DNA from: Mobula hypostoma
Taxonomy: Eukaryota
DNA: 64,000 nt
Assembly: GCF_963921235.1 (NCBI RefSeq)
Contig: NC_086097.1
Span: forward strand, 230,394,001-230,458,000
Direction: 5' to 3'
A model generated the notes under the pieces. The model saw only the letters and a program-made list of their open reading frames with translations, was not told the DNA's origin and did no database searches. This document shows positions 25,601 through 39,140 of this stretch, in pieces (position 1 is the stretch's first letter; every line of letters starts with the position of its first letter). The position numbers and the translations under genes are program-made.

Positions 25601-27809
25601 TGACAGATAAAGCTGATCCTTAACTTCACATTGGACACATCAGATTGCTACATAGGAGGGAGGGTAAGATAGTGGAGCAATATTTTACTATATTCATTTT
25701 GCACCTACCTAATGGGTAGGACAAGCAAGACATCAGGAAGCTTACTCCTTTAACCAATGCTGTTGCATCAGCTATCAATATGTGGTGTAAGGAAGGAGGG
25801 TGCCCACCTGATGACCCCGATGACATACCTACCCTCCCTCCTTGTCACCACTCCAAACCCACTGCCAACATCGACCATAGGGATTGAAACATCAAGTCCT
25901 AGTAGCTCTACTGTCGGTAGTTCATCAACCAGCTAAATTTAACAACAGTAATGAGGTGAACAAAATTGATCTTCTTCCAACAATAGTATGCAATTAAGAT
26001 GAATATGTAGGTAGAGAAAATAGATAAACAAATTTTCTTCACTTTGGCATGGCAACCGATGCACAATTTCCACACAGACAAATAATTGTCATAGTGTCAG
26101 TTACAGTTACAGAAGGAAACAAACTAATGAAAGTCTTCAGAATCCAGCTCCAACAAAACATACCAGCCAGGCGCATGGTTGACTTCAAAAAGGAAATACA
26201 AAGCCTGAGAGAATCTCGTAAGGTTTCATGACTTCAAGTGTAAGGATTGTTTCAAGCCAAACTGGCACATCCAGATTCAGAAGGCATGGCTGAATAATGG
26301 AAGATTCTTAGAATGTTCATCCACCGCTTGCTCTCTGGAATTATAGAGTTTGAGTTGCTGGGTCTGTGGTGGGTCAAGTAAACTATTGTCTTTAATTTAA
26401 CAACAGAATACTGGACACCTTCAGAAGGTTAGGCAGAGTCTGATGGGAGACAGAGGCAGAATTACCATCACAGGTCAAAGATCCTTCAAAAAGATCAAAG
26501 TCAATTTATTATCAAAGTACACATATGTCGCCATATACTACTTGTGATTCATTTTCTTGGAGGCATCCACAGTAGATCAAAGGAATACAACAGAATCAAT
26601 GAAAAACCTACACATCAACAGAGACTGATAAACAGATCTCCACATGATTACTGCCATCCTTTTAGTACATAATTATCCGATTTCACAAAGGCAACCTCTG
26701 TTTTTTTCCTGAGCATCAGATTACATTAAGTCCTTAAACCAAAATAGAAAGCAAGTGCAAGCTGTAATATTTCCACTCTCCAGTACTGATAAAACAAAAA
26801 GGGAAAATTAATCATAATCTATTACATGTGTAATAGTTAAATTAGAAATGGATATTAAATTTATCAAAAAGATGATGCAGGTTTGGGATTTTTTCCATGA
26901 AGTATGAAATTTGCCACTAACAAGGGTGATGTGCAAATCCATGCTCAGTTTTGAGGTTATGGACTAATTTCACTTAAAGATCATTTCAGAACTCTTTTCA
27001 AATCTAACAATGGAACTAATTCTACAAATACTTTGGAAAAATTTCTCATTTCTCAAATGATAAAGGTCAGAGGCATGAATTGAAAATCAACACTGGTCCA
27101 CTGTAGTTAATAACTTGTATTACACTGAGATCCTGTTTATAGTGTACATTAAACAAAAAGCAAATGCAAATTTAACAAGTCACAAAATGAGACATCAATT
27201 AACATTTACGAAGTCTTTGTAATACATTACAGCATACAAAAATCTGTAATTATTTAATGAAAGCTAAATTGGAAATCTTTAAAAATTCACCCAGTGTAAC
27301 TAAACCACATAATTTCGACAATTATCACAGAAAATATGAAATGCACTCTGATCCTTTTTATTTCCTCTTCTGATTCCATGTACGCTTCCTGCCTTATGAA
27401 GCAAGTAGACTTCTCTCTACATTTTCTTTTCCTTTGATTCTAAGAATAATAATTAAGGCTTTCATTTCAGTGCCACTCTACATCGGTCCTTCAGTGGCAA
27501 GGCCAAGTAAGGGCAAACATGGACAAGTTATTTGCTAATAAGCTTTCTGCGGGAATGCCATCCTCCTTACCTGCTGAAGAATCAAGAATATGCCTGCATG
27601 TATTAGAAATAAACAAGTGAATCTGTACTAAAAAGAACAATTGCACTTAAAACCAATATATTTCAATGACACACATTTCAGCAATAAGCTTATTTTTCTT
27701 AAAAAGACAATTTCTTCAGCCACCTTGAGTAACAAACCTGACGTACTGTACCCTACAGCAGTGAGACTTGGTTCACGTGCCTTCACTATGTACAATCCAG
27801 TTCCAAATG

Positions 27810-28514
27810 AACATAGAACATAGAACAGTACAGCACAGTACAGGCCCTTCGGCCCACAATGTTGTGCCAACCCTCAAACCCTGCCTCCCATATAACCCCC
27901 CACCTTAAATTCCTCCATATACCTGTCTAGCAGTCTCTTAAACTTCACAAGTATATCTGTCTCCACCACTGACTCAGGCAGTGCATTCCACGCACCAACC
28001 ACTCTCTGAGTAAAAAAACTTCCTCTAATATCCTCCTTGAACTTCCCACCCCTTACCTTAAAGCCATGTTCTCTTGTATTGAGCAGTGGTGTCCTGGGGA
28101 AGAGGCGCTGGCTATCCACTCTATCTATTCCTCTTATTATCTTGTACACCTCTATCATGTCTCCTCTCATTCTCCTTCTCTCCAAAGAGTAAAGCCCTAG
28201 CTCCCCTAATCTCTGACCATAATGCATACTTTCTAAACCAGGCAGCATCCTGGTAAATCTCCTCTGTACCCTTTCCAATGCTTCCACATCCTTCCTATAG
28301 TGAAGCGACCAAAACTGGACACAGTACTCCAATTGTGGCTTAACCAGAGCTTTATAGAGCTGCATCATTACATCACGACTCTTAAACACTATCCCTCGAC
28401 TTATGAAAGCTAACATCCCATAAGCTTTCTTAACTACCCTATCTACCTGTGAGGCAACTTTCAGGGATCTGTGGACATGTACCCCCAGATCCCTCTGCTC
28501 CTCCACACTACCAA
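27810..28514 (-). mobile_element. Young CR1 LINE 3' part (family A), open 210-aa ORF2 C-terminus
   Basis: ORF 27874-28506: QRDLGV...LEYCVQFWS...LERVQRRFTRM...WNALP; (TTCTATG)n tail. Confidence 0.95.
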
Positions 28515-29383
28515 AAAAGGTTGCAGAGAGACTTAGTCAGTTTAGGAGAGTGGGCAAAGAAATGGCAGATGAGATACAACGTTGACAAATGTACGGTTGT
28601 ACATTTCGGAAGAAGAAATAATCGGGCAGGTTATTATTTAGATGGGGAGAAAATTCAAAAATCGGAAGTGCAAAGGGACTTGGGGGTCCTCGTGCAGGAT
28701 ACCCTAAAGGTTAACCACCAGGTTGGATCGGCGGTAAGGAAAGCGAATGCTATATTGGCATTCATTTCAAGAGGAATAGTGTATAAGAGTAAGGAGTTGA
28801 TGAGGCTCTATGGGGCATTAGTGAGACCTCATTTGGAATACTGTGTGCAGTTATGGGCCCCCTATCTTAGAAAGGATATACCGATGTTGGAGAGAGTTCA
28901 GAGAAGATTTAAGAGGATGATTCCTGGAATGCAGGGGCTAACATATGAGGAGCGTCTGTCGGCTCTTGGATTGTATTCATTAGAGTATAGAAGAATGAGA
29001 GGGGATCTCATAGAAACATTTCCAATGTTGAAAGGGTTGGACAGAGTAGATGTGGAAAGGTTGTTTCCCTTGGTGGGTGAGTCCAGGACAAGAGGCCATA
29101 GTCTTAGAACTAGAGGGTACCCAGTTAAAACAGAGATGAGGAGAAATTTTTTTAGCCAGAGGGTCGTGGATTTGTGGAATTCGTTGCCACATATGGCTGT
29201 GGAGGCCCGATCATTGAGGGTGTTTAAGGAGGAGATTGACAGGTATCTAATTAGTCAGGGGATCAAGGGATTTGGGGAAAAAACTGGAAATTGGAACTAG
29301 ATGGGAGAATAGTTTAGCTCATGGGGGAGCTGCGGAGCAGACTCGATGGGCCGAATGGCCTACTTCTGCTCCTTTGTCTTGTG
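28515..29383 (+). mobile_element. CR1 LINE 3' part (second family), open ~260-aa ORF2 C-terminus
   Basis: LQRDL..LGEWAKKWQM...RPHLEYCVQLWAP...WNSLP, stop at 29300, then GGGCCGAATGGCCT 3' UTR. Confidence 0.95.
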
Positions 29384-29799
29384 AAAAATGGTTTGCATCT
29401 TTCACAGCTGAAGTGCATGTAACTTGAAAAAGATTTCACACAACGGCACCAGTTCACTGAAGCTCCATGTGCTTGCGTGTGCACATTTCCAAACATAACT
29501 AAACAAAAAGAACTTTCTAATGGCGGCACAGTGTTCCCGATCAAAACACGTGGGCCAAATCCCATTCTAGAGACACAATGTTGACAGTGGAAATTCAGCA
29601 CTGCGCTGTCAAGGGTGAAATATTCATCCGAGGCTGTAACCTGTTAATTTTTTTTTTAGGTAGATGGGGAAGGTCCCATAATGACATTCAAAACAAGTCC
29701 AGAGTTACTTCCCCATGGCTTGCCCAGTTATCCAGCAACTTAGAAATGGAAACCAAGAAACTACTTTGCACAAGAAAACTTCTATTTGTTATTAAGACA

Positions 29800-30330
29800 G
29801 TAAGATATAGGAACAGAATTAGACCATTTGGCCCATTGAGTCTGCTTCATCATGGTTGATCCAATTTCCCTCTCAGCCCCAATCTCCTGCCTTCTCCCGT
29901 ATCCCTTCATGCCCGTGACCAATCAAGAATCTATCAACCTTTGCCTTAAGAATCTATCAACCGTTGCCTCCACAGCCACCTGTGGTAACCAATTTCTCAG
30001 ATGCAGTTCTCCCACAAACATCACAAGACAGACTCCTGGGATGATGGTTTTATCATACTAGATTGAATTGACTAGGTTAAATTCACTAGAGCAAAATGAA
30101 TGGAATTCTCTGCCTGGGGGGCCACGGGGAGGGGACGCCCATTAAGAAAGAGATTTAGAAATAAGATGAGGAGAACTTGTGGAATTAAGGCTGGGAGCTA
30201 AGTCATTGAATATATTTATAGATAAATTTCCAAAGAACATCAAGCTTCTGGGGAGTGTGAATGCTATTGGGAGGCAGGATCATGCTTGATAGTGTGATAT
30301 GATTGATCATGCTCAAAGGGCCTAATGGCT
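29800..30330. mobile_element. Two old CR1 3' fragments in opposite orientation
   Basis: Minus-strand tail (AGACCATTTGGCCC...CTCCTGCCTTCTCCCGTATCCCTT) to ~30000, then a decayed plus-strand 3' end ending AAGGGCCTAATGGC. Confidence 0.6.
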
Positions 30331-30514
30331 CAATGCCAGAAAACTGAATTTAAAACAAATTAAAATAGAAGATACCACCACAACTACTTAACCCAAATTA
30401 ACGTGGGTCTTGTTATGGCATTTATGTTACATTGTGGCATCCTAGAATAAAACAGTGGCTTCCTCTTTAAAAGATTAATGCTATCTTTTTTTTTCAATCA
30501 TGCACTTTGCTCAT

Positions 30515-30910
30515 GGAAATATTGTCATCATCATTATTACGTGCCATGTCCTATGGTGTAGGTGATCATAGGGTCTTTGACCACGATCGTTCTTGGCAAA
30601 TTTTTCTACAGACATGGTTTGCCATTGCCGCCTTCTGGGCAGTGTCTTTACAAAGACGGGGGACGTCCGCCATTATCAATACTCTGCAGAGATTATCTGC
30701 CTGGCGTCAGTGGTCACATAACCAGGACGTGTGATATGTACCAGCTGTTCGTACGACCATCCACCACCTGATCCCAAGCCTTCACATGACCCTGATGGGG
30801 GAGGTGGCTGAATCAGACACTATGTCTTGTCCAAGGGCCACCTGCAGGCTAGCGGAGGAAGGGGCGTCTTCCACCTCCTTTTGTAGAGACACATCTCCAC
30901 CCCGCCACCC
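30515..30910 (-). repeat. RTE-tail-type SINE/LINE fragment
   Basis: (CAT)n tail on the plus strand and GGTTTGCCATTGCC; homologous to 8120-8272. Confidence 0.6.
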
Positions 30911-33900
30911 TTATACACAACAAAAAAAACACACAAGGTTAAATTTATTTACAAGAAAGTTTTACTTTCATGATGTCAGAAGTGCAGATGCTCCAACAAC
31001 TTTCAGTGCAATTTCGAAACTGTCACTCTGTCTAGTAAGTACCATGCAGTGAACTTCAAGTTCATTACTTAGAACCAGTGTTATTAAAAACCGATTAAAA
31101 TTGGTAATAGAAATTAAGAAAACACTTAAGTCAGACAGGAACAATATCAACTCAGTAGTTCTAGCAATGACTGGAGTTTAGATTTCCAATATACACTACC
31201 ATATTTAGCCTTCATATAACCTTACTAAATTATGACCAAAAAATGTAAGTGCTTTGGTTAAGGAAAGACATAAGTAACAAATGACATTATCCAAATATAT
31301 TTTTCCAGAAAAGATAGTAAAACATATATGGGTTCAACACCCACTTCTGTGAACATCTGTGTTTAAATTTGTGTGGGCTACTTACAGAGAATCCAGTTTG
31401 AGTCATATCACGTTTCTGTAGAGCTAGTCAGTAACCACTAAAACCAACTCACAATGCCTTCAGTGCTATTCACTGTTTAAACATGATATTCTATTAACAC
31501 TGCTCTCCCTTCCATTAAATGCGATAGCTAATATTGGAAGTTGGTTCATTAACCGCTATCAGCCTCTGATCCTTTCATTTGTGTGCCTAGACAACGTCAT
31601 CAATCAAATCAACTAAGGAGCCTTATTTACAAAAGCAACCCCACTTTCCTTAACATCTACCACTTTGGAATTAGAAATAGCTAATGGCAATTTTTCCCCC
31701 CCTTCTCACACACAAGGACGGTAAAAGGAGCTTCATCAGCGAGCATGCTTCCCTTGACATAGTCAGATATATTTTTTTTTGGCTAATTCAGCCTGGACAT
31801 GGGTTAAACAGAATATATTAAAGCATCCACCAGGTTCAGGAACAGGTAGTACCCCTCAACCATCACACTCTTGAATCAGAGGGGATAACTTCACTCGCCC
31901 CCATCTCTGAACTGTTCCGACAACCTATGGACTCACTTTCAAGGCCTCTCCATCTCATGTTCTTGATATTTATTGCTTAACTATTTATTATATTTTTCTT
32001 TTTTCTTTTGCATTTATGCAATTTGTTGTCTTTTGCACATTGATAGTTTGTCTACACTGTCGGGTGTGGTCTTTCACTGATTCTATTACAGTTCATGGAT
32101 TTACTGAGTATGCTCGCAAGAAAACGAATCTCAGGGTTGTATTTGGTGACATATACATACTTTCATATAGATCTACTATATACAGAACTTCCAAAATGGT
32201 AGCCATTAAAAGGCTAACCTTACTTTTGCTGTAAACAGGGCTACCTTGTAAAAGCCTTTGTTGTACACACAATCACTTAAAATTTACAAGGTGCGCTGGT
32301 CATATCATTGCAAAATTCACAAAGCAATCTGACGAAAGATCATTCACCTGAAGTATGACCTCTGTTTCTTCCTCCACTGAGAGAGCCTGGTCCTCCTGAA
32401 TAGCCACAGATATTTCTATTTTTATTTCATGCTTCCAGTACTTGCAGATTTTGCTTTGCTATCCAGTTATAATGTAAAGCTCTTCCAAACTTGCCAAATA
32501 GGCAAGCAGTAACTTGCACCACTGCACACATCACTCAGGCGGGATATGCCGGCTAAAAAGTTGGTACTACTGCCCTGGGCACCAGACAGTGCAAAGTTCA
32601 GAATCCCCAAACGGAAAGTGTCTGGATTTACCATAGGAAACTATTGAATTGTCCATATAAGAATAGGAGGCTTGAAAACCTAAACAGCTGCTGGCTGCTG
32701 AAGAAACACAACACCAACACGCCTTGTCAGTGGCCACCTGTTCCACAATTCAGCTCAACCATATAAAATAAGAAAACTCCAAACAGCTTTTTCAATGCTG
32801 GATATTAGAATGTCAATTGCACTAATAGTACTATTTCAAGCAAATGCCATTGTTGTTCTACAAAAGTGCCTTTCTTAAATCGTGTCAGACAAAGAATAGA
32901 AATAAGTGCAGCCTTTGGTACATAAAAATGTCCTTCTGGAAGTAAATATTCTACAAAGATTGGGTTAAATGTAATCTACATATGACCATATTGGATAAAC
33001 TATTTATTTTTTCAATGCAAGGTGGTTTCTCCGTGTCAAATTTTGCCAATGAAATTTCCATTTAGAAGTTACCATTAGAAAATGTAATTAAAACAGCACA
33101 GAATCTAAAACCTGCCATGACACATGTAATACCCTTCACATTGGAAAGGCAACCGGCCAGCCAAGCAATTTCAGTCGATTAATGGACTCTTTGTGTCTGC
33201 CCAGTTTCATATTACAGATTTGTGCCAAAAAAAACAAGCGAACTGTTCAATAAAAAGGTATCAGAAAATATCAGCTTTTCCAGCCATAAATTGTGTCAAG
33301 TCACAAAAGACATAAAAAGTACATGAGCAAAGTCATAAAAGACTCAAGTTGAGCAGACCAAACGGTCACTGTATAGATTGATTAATAAATCAACGCAACA
33401 TATATACCGCAGGATAAAATACTACAGCTTTATGGCTTTTGTTTCAGCAGCATGATTCAAAAAACTCAGGTTCAGCATCTGCAAACAGTAAAAGTAACAA
33501 AATAATGAGAAAACTTTTCATGGGTTCACTGTCACAGTCGCTCTAAACAATCTACAAATATTGGACATCGAATATAGGTGTACAATATTGCCAGTGAAAA
33601 TTACATTTCAGAAGTGGAATAATTATTTTTTATAGTATGTTGAGAACCAAATAAATTTAGGTTTCTTGCAAGGGAAAATAACCACAAATATTTAAGATTC
33701 ATGGATTCAGTTTAGTTTAGTAAATGGCAGATAAAAGTAATGTTCCATCTGGTTCACCTTCAGCATGTAAATAACAATACTGGAATTCATCTAAATGCAT
33801 CCATCAATAAGTATTGACTAATCAATCAAAAACCTAGATAACATTCCATTAAGAAAATCATTTCACTGATAGTGTGTTATGGGAGCCATATGTCCAAAGA

Positions 33901-34610
33901 AACGAGTTCTTTCAAAGCTTGCCACACTTTTCAACCTTCATACATATCCTAATATAACTTTGAGTAATGTCCAGTGAATATTAGTTTCTCCCAACATCTC
34001 TCCTTAGGAAATCCTTCAGAGATTTTATCATGAATAAGCACAGATTGTTTTTGAATTTCCCTGCATCTCCAGTTCAGATACTGTAAAAGAGGTGATAAAA
34101 GTCATTGCAGACCAAGTTATTTATCAGCTTCAGAAACCCAGTGTCAGCAACATCATTAAAACCCACTTTTCTTCAACAATAATATGGTAAATTTTAGCCA
34201 AAATTTAATCAGAGGTTAAGAGTTGAATAAAATGAAACATTTGCCAAATACAAATTGACCTTCAACCACGTAACTTGATTAAATAAATTAAAACAAATTT
34301 CCTGAAAAATATTAAGGAATGTTGAGTGACATGCAGTCAGATTCCTGTCCATTCATAGTCAGCTGGTTGACAAACGAACTCAAACAATATTGAACGTATA
34401 GCAGCAGACATTACACATCCACTAGTTTTGATGGAGTATTCATGGTAATTTCTTGCAGGTATTTGAGCCAAACATGTCGTCATAATAGCAACTGCTGAAG
34501 TCCTTTCTTAGGCTACTGAAAACATGAGCATTCAGACACACCCATTAGTGAAACTGAATATTCATGCAAAGTAAACATCCGATCAAAAGGATCAGTGCTC
34601 GGACATTCAA

Positions 34611-34980
34611 CAAAGTTGCTGGTGAACGCAGCAGGCCAGGCAGCATCTCTAGGAAGAGGTACAGTCGACGTTTTGGGCTGAGACCCTTCGTCAGGACTAA
34701 CTGAAAGAAGAGCTAGTGAGAGATTTGAAAGTGGGAGGGGAAGGGGGAGATCTGAAATGATAGGAGAAGACAGGAGGGGGAGGGATGGAGCCAAGAGCTG
34801 GACAATTGATTGGCAAAAGGGATACGAGAGGATCATGGGACAGGAAGCCTCAGGAGAAAGAAAAGGGGGAGGGGGGAAACCAGAGGATGGGCAAGGGGTG
34901 TAGTGAGAGGGACAGAGGGAGAAAAAGAATGTGTGTATATAAATAAATAACAGATGGGGCATCTGTAGATTTCGTCGTAT
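34611..34980 (-). mobile_element. Penelope-like element 3' fragment with 17-bp TSD
   Basis: Highly similar to 38760-39110. Flanked by AGTGCTCG(G/A)ACATTCAA at 34594-34610 and 34981-34997. Hammerhead motif at 34663-34698. Confidence 0.85.
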
Positions 34981-35099
34981 AGTGCTCGAACATTCAAGTT
35001 GGTTTTACAACAGTGTGGAAAGCCATACCTTCAACTGTATAAAATATTCTTAGTTGATATCATGACCGATTCCTTCCCCTTCAAAAACTAACTGGATTA

Positions 35100-35385
35100 T
35101 AAACACAAGATTGTGCAGATGCTGAAAGATTCAGCAAGGAAGGTAGCATCTCCTGGGGAATAAACAGTCGATGGTTGAGATCAAGACCCTACATCAGGAC
35201 TGGAAAGGAAGAGGGCAGAAGCCAGACTAAGAAGGTGAGGGGGAAGGGAAGGGGTGCAAGTTGGTACATCATAGGTAAGCTCAAGTGAGGGTGGGGGGAG
35301 AATAAAGAAACTGGGAGGTGATAGATGGAAGCGGTAAAGGGCTGAAGAATGAGGAATCTAATAGGAGATGACAGTGGACCAGAGA
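35100..35385 (-). mobile_element. Old Penelope-like element 3' fragment
   Basis: TGCAGATGCTG terminus, decayed hammerhead at 35165-35200, purine-rich tract. Confidence 0.65.
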
Positions 35386-36353
35386 TGTAGTGGAAGCAGT
35401 CTCTGATTAAATATATTCATTTTACAACCAAATGGGGCCTAGATTATGGCCATGTGGAACACCACATTTGAATTATTCTACTGTAGTTCTACATGCTATG
35501 ACAAAAGCTTAAGATTGTTTTGATTTGATACAATATGGAAAATATCATGACATTGATAAAACTCCAGATATCTCTCCAAATTTGGTTTTTTACCTTTGGG
35601 AGGGGGGCGTAACATTTTCTGCTTTACTGATGTTAATATGGAATATATACAAAAAGTGATTACTTATCTGAAGTAATAAACTACCACTGGTGCAATGCTA
35701 TCACATATTTTCTAACTCTAGAGATATATACCTTGTCAAAAATCACTATGAGCTTTATTCCCCTCAGATGGTACCGACCAACCCTACTGGCTCACGGACT
35801 AAAGGAGGAGGAACACCAGAAGGAAGGGATGGGCAAGTGAGAAGGGGTGAAAGGGGGAACTGGAATAGGATATGGAGAAAGAGAGGGGAGGGGTGGGAGA
35901 AATGGACCATTATTTCTTTCCCACCATTTTCACTTGAAAGGCTACATTAATACATTAGAATTCATTCACCTTTTGCTTTATAAGACCACCACACAAGGCT
36001 TTCCAAAATAGGTAGAAGGAAACATACTGGGCAGAATTTAGTTTGCATCGCCAGTAACCTTTTGGCATTTTTAATGTAAGTATGGTTCCCATTGGTTCTA
36101 TTCGTCCAAGTGCCATGGGTGCTCTTAATGTTTGCTTAGATATCAAATCCACCCAGTTGCACGATGACAGCAGTTGTGAACTAATCCATGAGTATCACAT
36201 TAAATTTTAGGCGCCCGACAGAGAAACATAACACAACAGGAAACTACATTAAGACAGATTAAAAAAAAACAATAAGTACAAGCTGAGAAGTGAAATAGAG
36301 AAAAAAAAATTATAGGCAGTTACAGAACTAATTATAGAAGAATTAAAAATATG

Positions 36354-36714
36354 CAATACTGTGCAAAAATCTTTGGCACCCTTAAAGTTTTCAGATGTCT
36401 TGGATTACATGGAGAGACAGAAGCAAGTGAGACAACCAAAGTCAGCAGAAGAACCGTGGCAAGTTCTCAAAAAGTTGCTTGGAATAACACCAGCCACTTT
36501 TCTTATAAAACTGCATGACAGTGCACCTAAGAGAATTGCAGTTTTAAAGGTGGAGGCTGGGCACACCAATATGGTTTCAGTTCATTTTATATTGTTTACT
36601 GCTATTTACAGCAATTCTTATTATATTTAGAAATGTTTCATTTTATTAGTTTTGAAAGCATCTGCACTTTACAGAATAGTTTTTACACGAGCCTATGACT
36701 TTTGCACAATACTG
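36354..36714 (+). mobile_element. Internally deleted Tc1/mariner element
   Basis: TIRs CAATACTGTGCAAAA / TTTTGCACAATACTG followed by TA. Internal DYMERQKQVRQPKSAEE.WQVL...PKRI.AVLK..GHT resembles a Tc1 transposase C-terminus. Confidence 0.85.
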
Positions 36715-37295
36715 TAGTTTCATGTTCAGTGGGTTTATTGGTTTGAAGTTTTTCTTCCTGCCTTAATAGCAAAATGTGGTCCACGCTGCTCTACAATATT
36801 GCTTTTCTTCCATCTGCAATGGACTTACCAGCATAAGAGCATCTATTATATTTTCAATTTTCTATACTATTTATCTCATTGTGGAGGTTATGAATTTTAA
36901 ATTTATGTGAGTTGTGGATCAAAATTAGAAATATGTTTGCATGAGTGGCAACTGTTCAAGGACGATAAGACACAATTTCAGCTTTTTCACACTTCGTAAA
37001 AATCCATCGAAGTCATAAACGATTTGCTTGAAAAAACTGTGCCATTATAGTACTGAGTGCACCTACACAATAAATGGATTCAATTCCCTAACCATTAACC
37101 CCAATCGCTTCAGCTTCACCCTGCTGATCTACCTCCTGGTGCAAATCCTGGACTAGCTGAACATGTTCACAGCAGTTCAGAAAATTGGAATTGGTGAAGG
37201 GAACAAAGCACAAGTCAGAGTGGGCAAAAATTTTCTTTGTTTTTGTTTGTTATGATCCACTCTGGCTCCCTATGGAAAACTCAAGCTGTTTTAAG

Positions 37296-37645
37296 CAACA
37301 CACATCAAAGTTGCTGGTGAATGCAGCAGGTCAGGCAGCATCTCTAGGAAGAGGTACAGTCGACGTTTTGGGCCAAGAGCCTTCGTCAAGACTAACTGAA
37401 GGAAGAGCTAGTAAGAGATTTGAAAGTGGGAGGGGGTGGGGGAGATCCAAAATGATAGGAGAAGACAGGAGGGGGAGGGATAGAGCCAAGAGCTGGACAG
37501 GTGATTGGCAAAAGGGATATGAGAGGATCATGGGACAGGAGGTCTGGGGAGAAAGAAAAGGGGGAGGGGGAACAACAGAGGATGGGCAAGGGGTATAGTG
37601 AGAGGGACAGAGGGAGAAAAAGGAGAGAGAGAGAAAAAGAATAAC
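37296..37645 (-). mobile_element. Penelope-like element 3' fragment
   Basis: Near-identical reverse complement of 38770-39108; hammerhead motif at 37358-37393. Confidence 0.85.
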
Positions 37646-38626
37646 TTTGGTTTGCTCACTGCTGATGTAGCTTTGAGCTGCTGAGTGCATTCAGCATTTC
37701 CCAATTTGGCTTTTGAAATTGTTATCGACCTGCACAAGTCTATAAGACCCAGCAAAAGAATTAGGCTATTCAGCCCAATGAGACTGCTCCGACATTTCCA
37801 TCATGGCTGATTTACTATCCCTCTCAACCTAATTCTCCTGCCTTCTCCCCATAACCCTGATTAATCAAGAACCTGTTCAACTTCCACCAATGACTTGGTC
37901 TGCACGCCCATTTGTGGCAAACAATTCCACAGATTCACCACCCTCCGGTTTAAGAAAAATTTTCTCATCTCTGTCCTAAATGAACATCCCTCAGTTCTGA
38001 GGCTGTGCCCTCTGGACCTAGATTTCCCCACTGTAGAAAACATCCTCTCTACACCCACTCTATCTAAACCATTCAATATTCAATAGGTTTCAATGAGATC
38101 CTCCCCTCCCCCCATTCTTCTAAATTCCAGCAAGCTCAAGCCCAGAGCCATCAAATACTCCTCATATGTTAACTCTTTCATTCCTGGGATCACTTATGAA
38201 CCTCCGCCAGACCCTCCCCAATATTAGCACATTTTTTCTTAGATAAGGGGTCCAAAATTGCTCACAATACCCCAAGTGCAGTCTGACCCTTACCTGATAA
38301 AGCCTCAGCATTACATCTTACATTTTTTTTATTTTAGTCCTCTCGAAATGAATGCTAACATTGCATTTGCCTTCATTACCACTGACTCAATCTGCAAATT
38401 AACCTTTAGGGAATTCTGCACAAGATCTCCTACATCCCTTTGCACCTCTGATTTTTTTCCTCCATTTACAAAATAGTCCATACCATTATTCCTTCTACCA
38501 AGGTGCATGACCATGCACTTCCCTACATTATAGGGAACATAGGCATCATATGTCACTTCTTTGCCCATCCCCCCACCTGTCTATGTCCTCTTGCAGACAC
38601 CCTCAGCACTACTTTCATATCTCCGT

Positions 38627-39140
38627 CTGGGCACACTCAGGTTGGAGGAACAACACCTTATATTTCGTCTGGGTAGCCTCCAACCTGATGGCATGAACAT
38701 TGACTTCTCTAACTTCCGCTAATGCTCCACCTCCCCCTCGTACCCCATCCGTTATTTATTTTTATACACACATTCTTTCTCTCACTCTCCTTTTTCTCCC
38801 TCTGATTATACCCCTTACCCATCCTCTGGTTCCCCGCCCCCCTTGTCTTTCTCCCTGGGCCTCCTGTCCCATGATCCTCTCATATCCCTTTTGCCAATCA
38901 CCTGTCCAGCTCTTGGCTCCATCCCTCCCCCTCCTGTCTTCTCCTATCATTTTGGATCTCCCCCTCCCCCTCCCACTTTCAATCTCTTACTAGCTCTTCC
39001 TTCAGTTAGTCCTGACGAAGGGTCTCGGCCTGAAACGTTGACTGTACCTCTTCCTAGAGATGCTGCCTGGCCTGCTGCGTTCACCAGCAACTTTGATGTG
39101 TGTTGCTTGAATTTCCAGCATCTGCAGTATTCCTGTTGTC
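38627..39140 (+). mobile_element. Penelope-like element 3' end: endonuclease C-terminus, UTR and hammerhead
   Basis: 38642-38722 translates LEEQHLIFRLGSLQPDGMNIDFSNFR*, typical of a PLE GIY-YIG C-terminus. Flanked by TTCATATC(A)TCCGT (38614-38626 and 39141-39154). Confidence 0.85.
39008..39043 (+). ncRNA. Minimal type I hammerhead ribozyme motif (best-preserved copy)
   Basis: AGUC [CUGACGA] A GGGU-CUCG-GCCU [GAAA] C GUU^ GACU. Helix I is AGUC/GACU, the core is conserved, helix II is short, and a palindromic ACGU replaces helix III. Confidence 0.72.

Noticed and set aside
27571..27593. 23-nt 5' UTR micro-exon on the minus strand (donor CAG|GTAAGG)
   Set aside because: Splice-like signals only; such pairs are expected by chance in a 49-kb intron.
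28449..29300. 283-aa ORF as a host gene
   Set aside because: It is a chimera of antisense family A CR1 sequence and the ORF2 C-terminus of a second CR1, with a non-ATG start.
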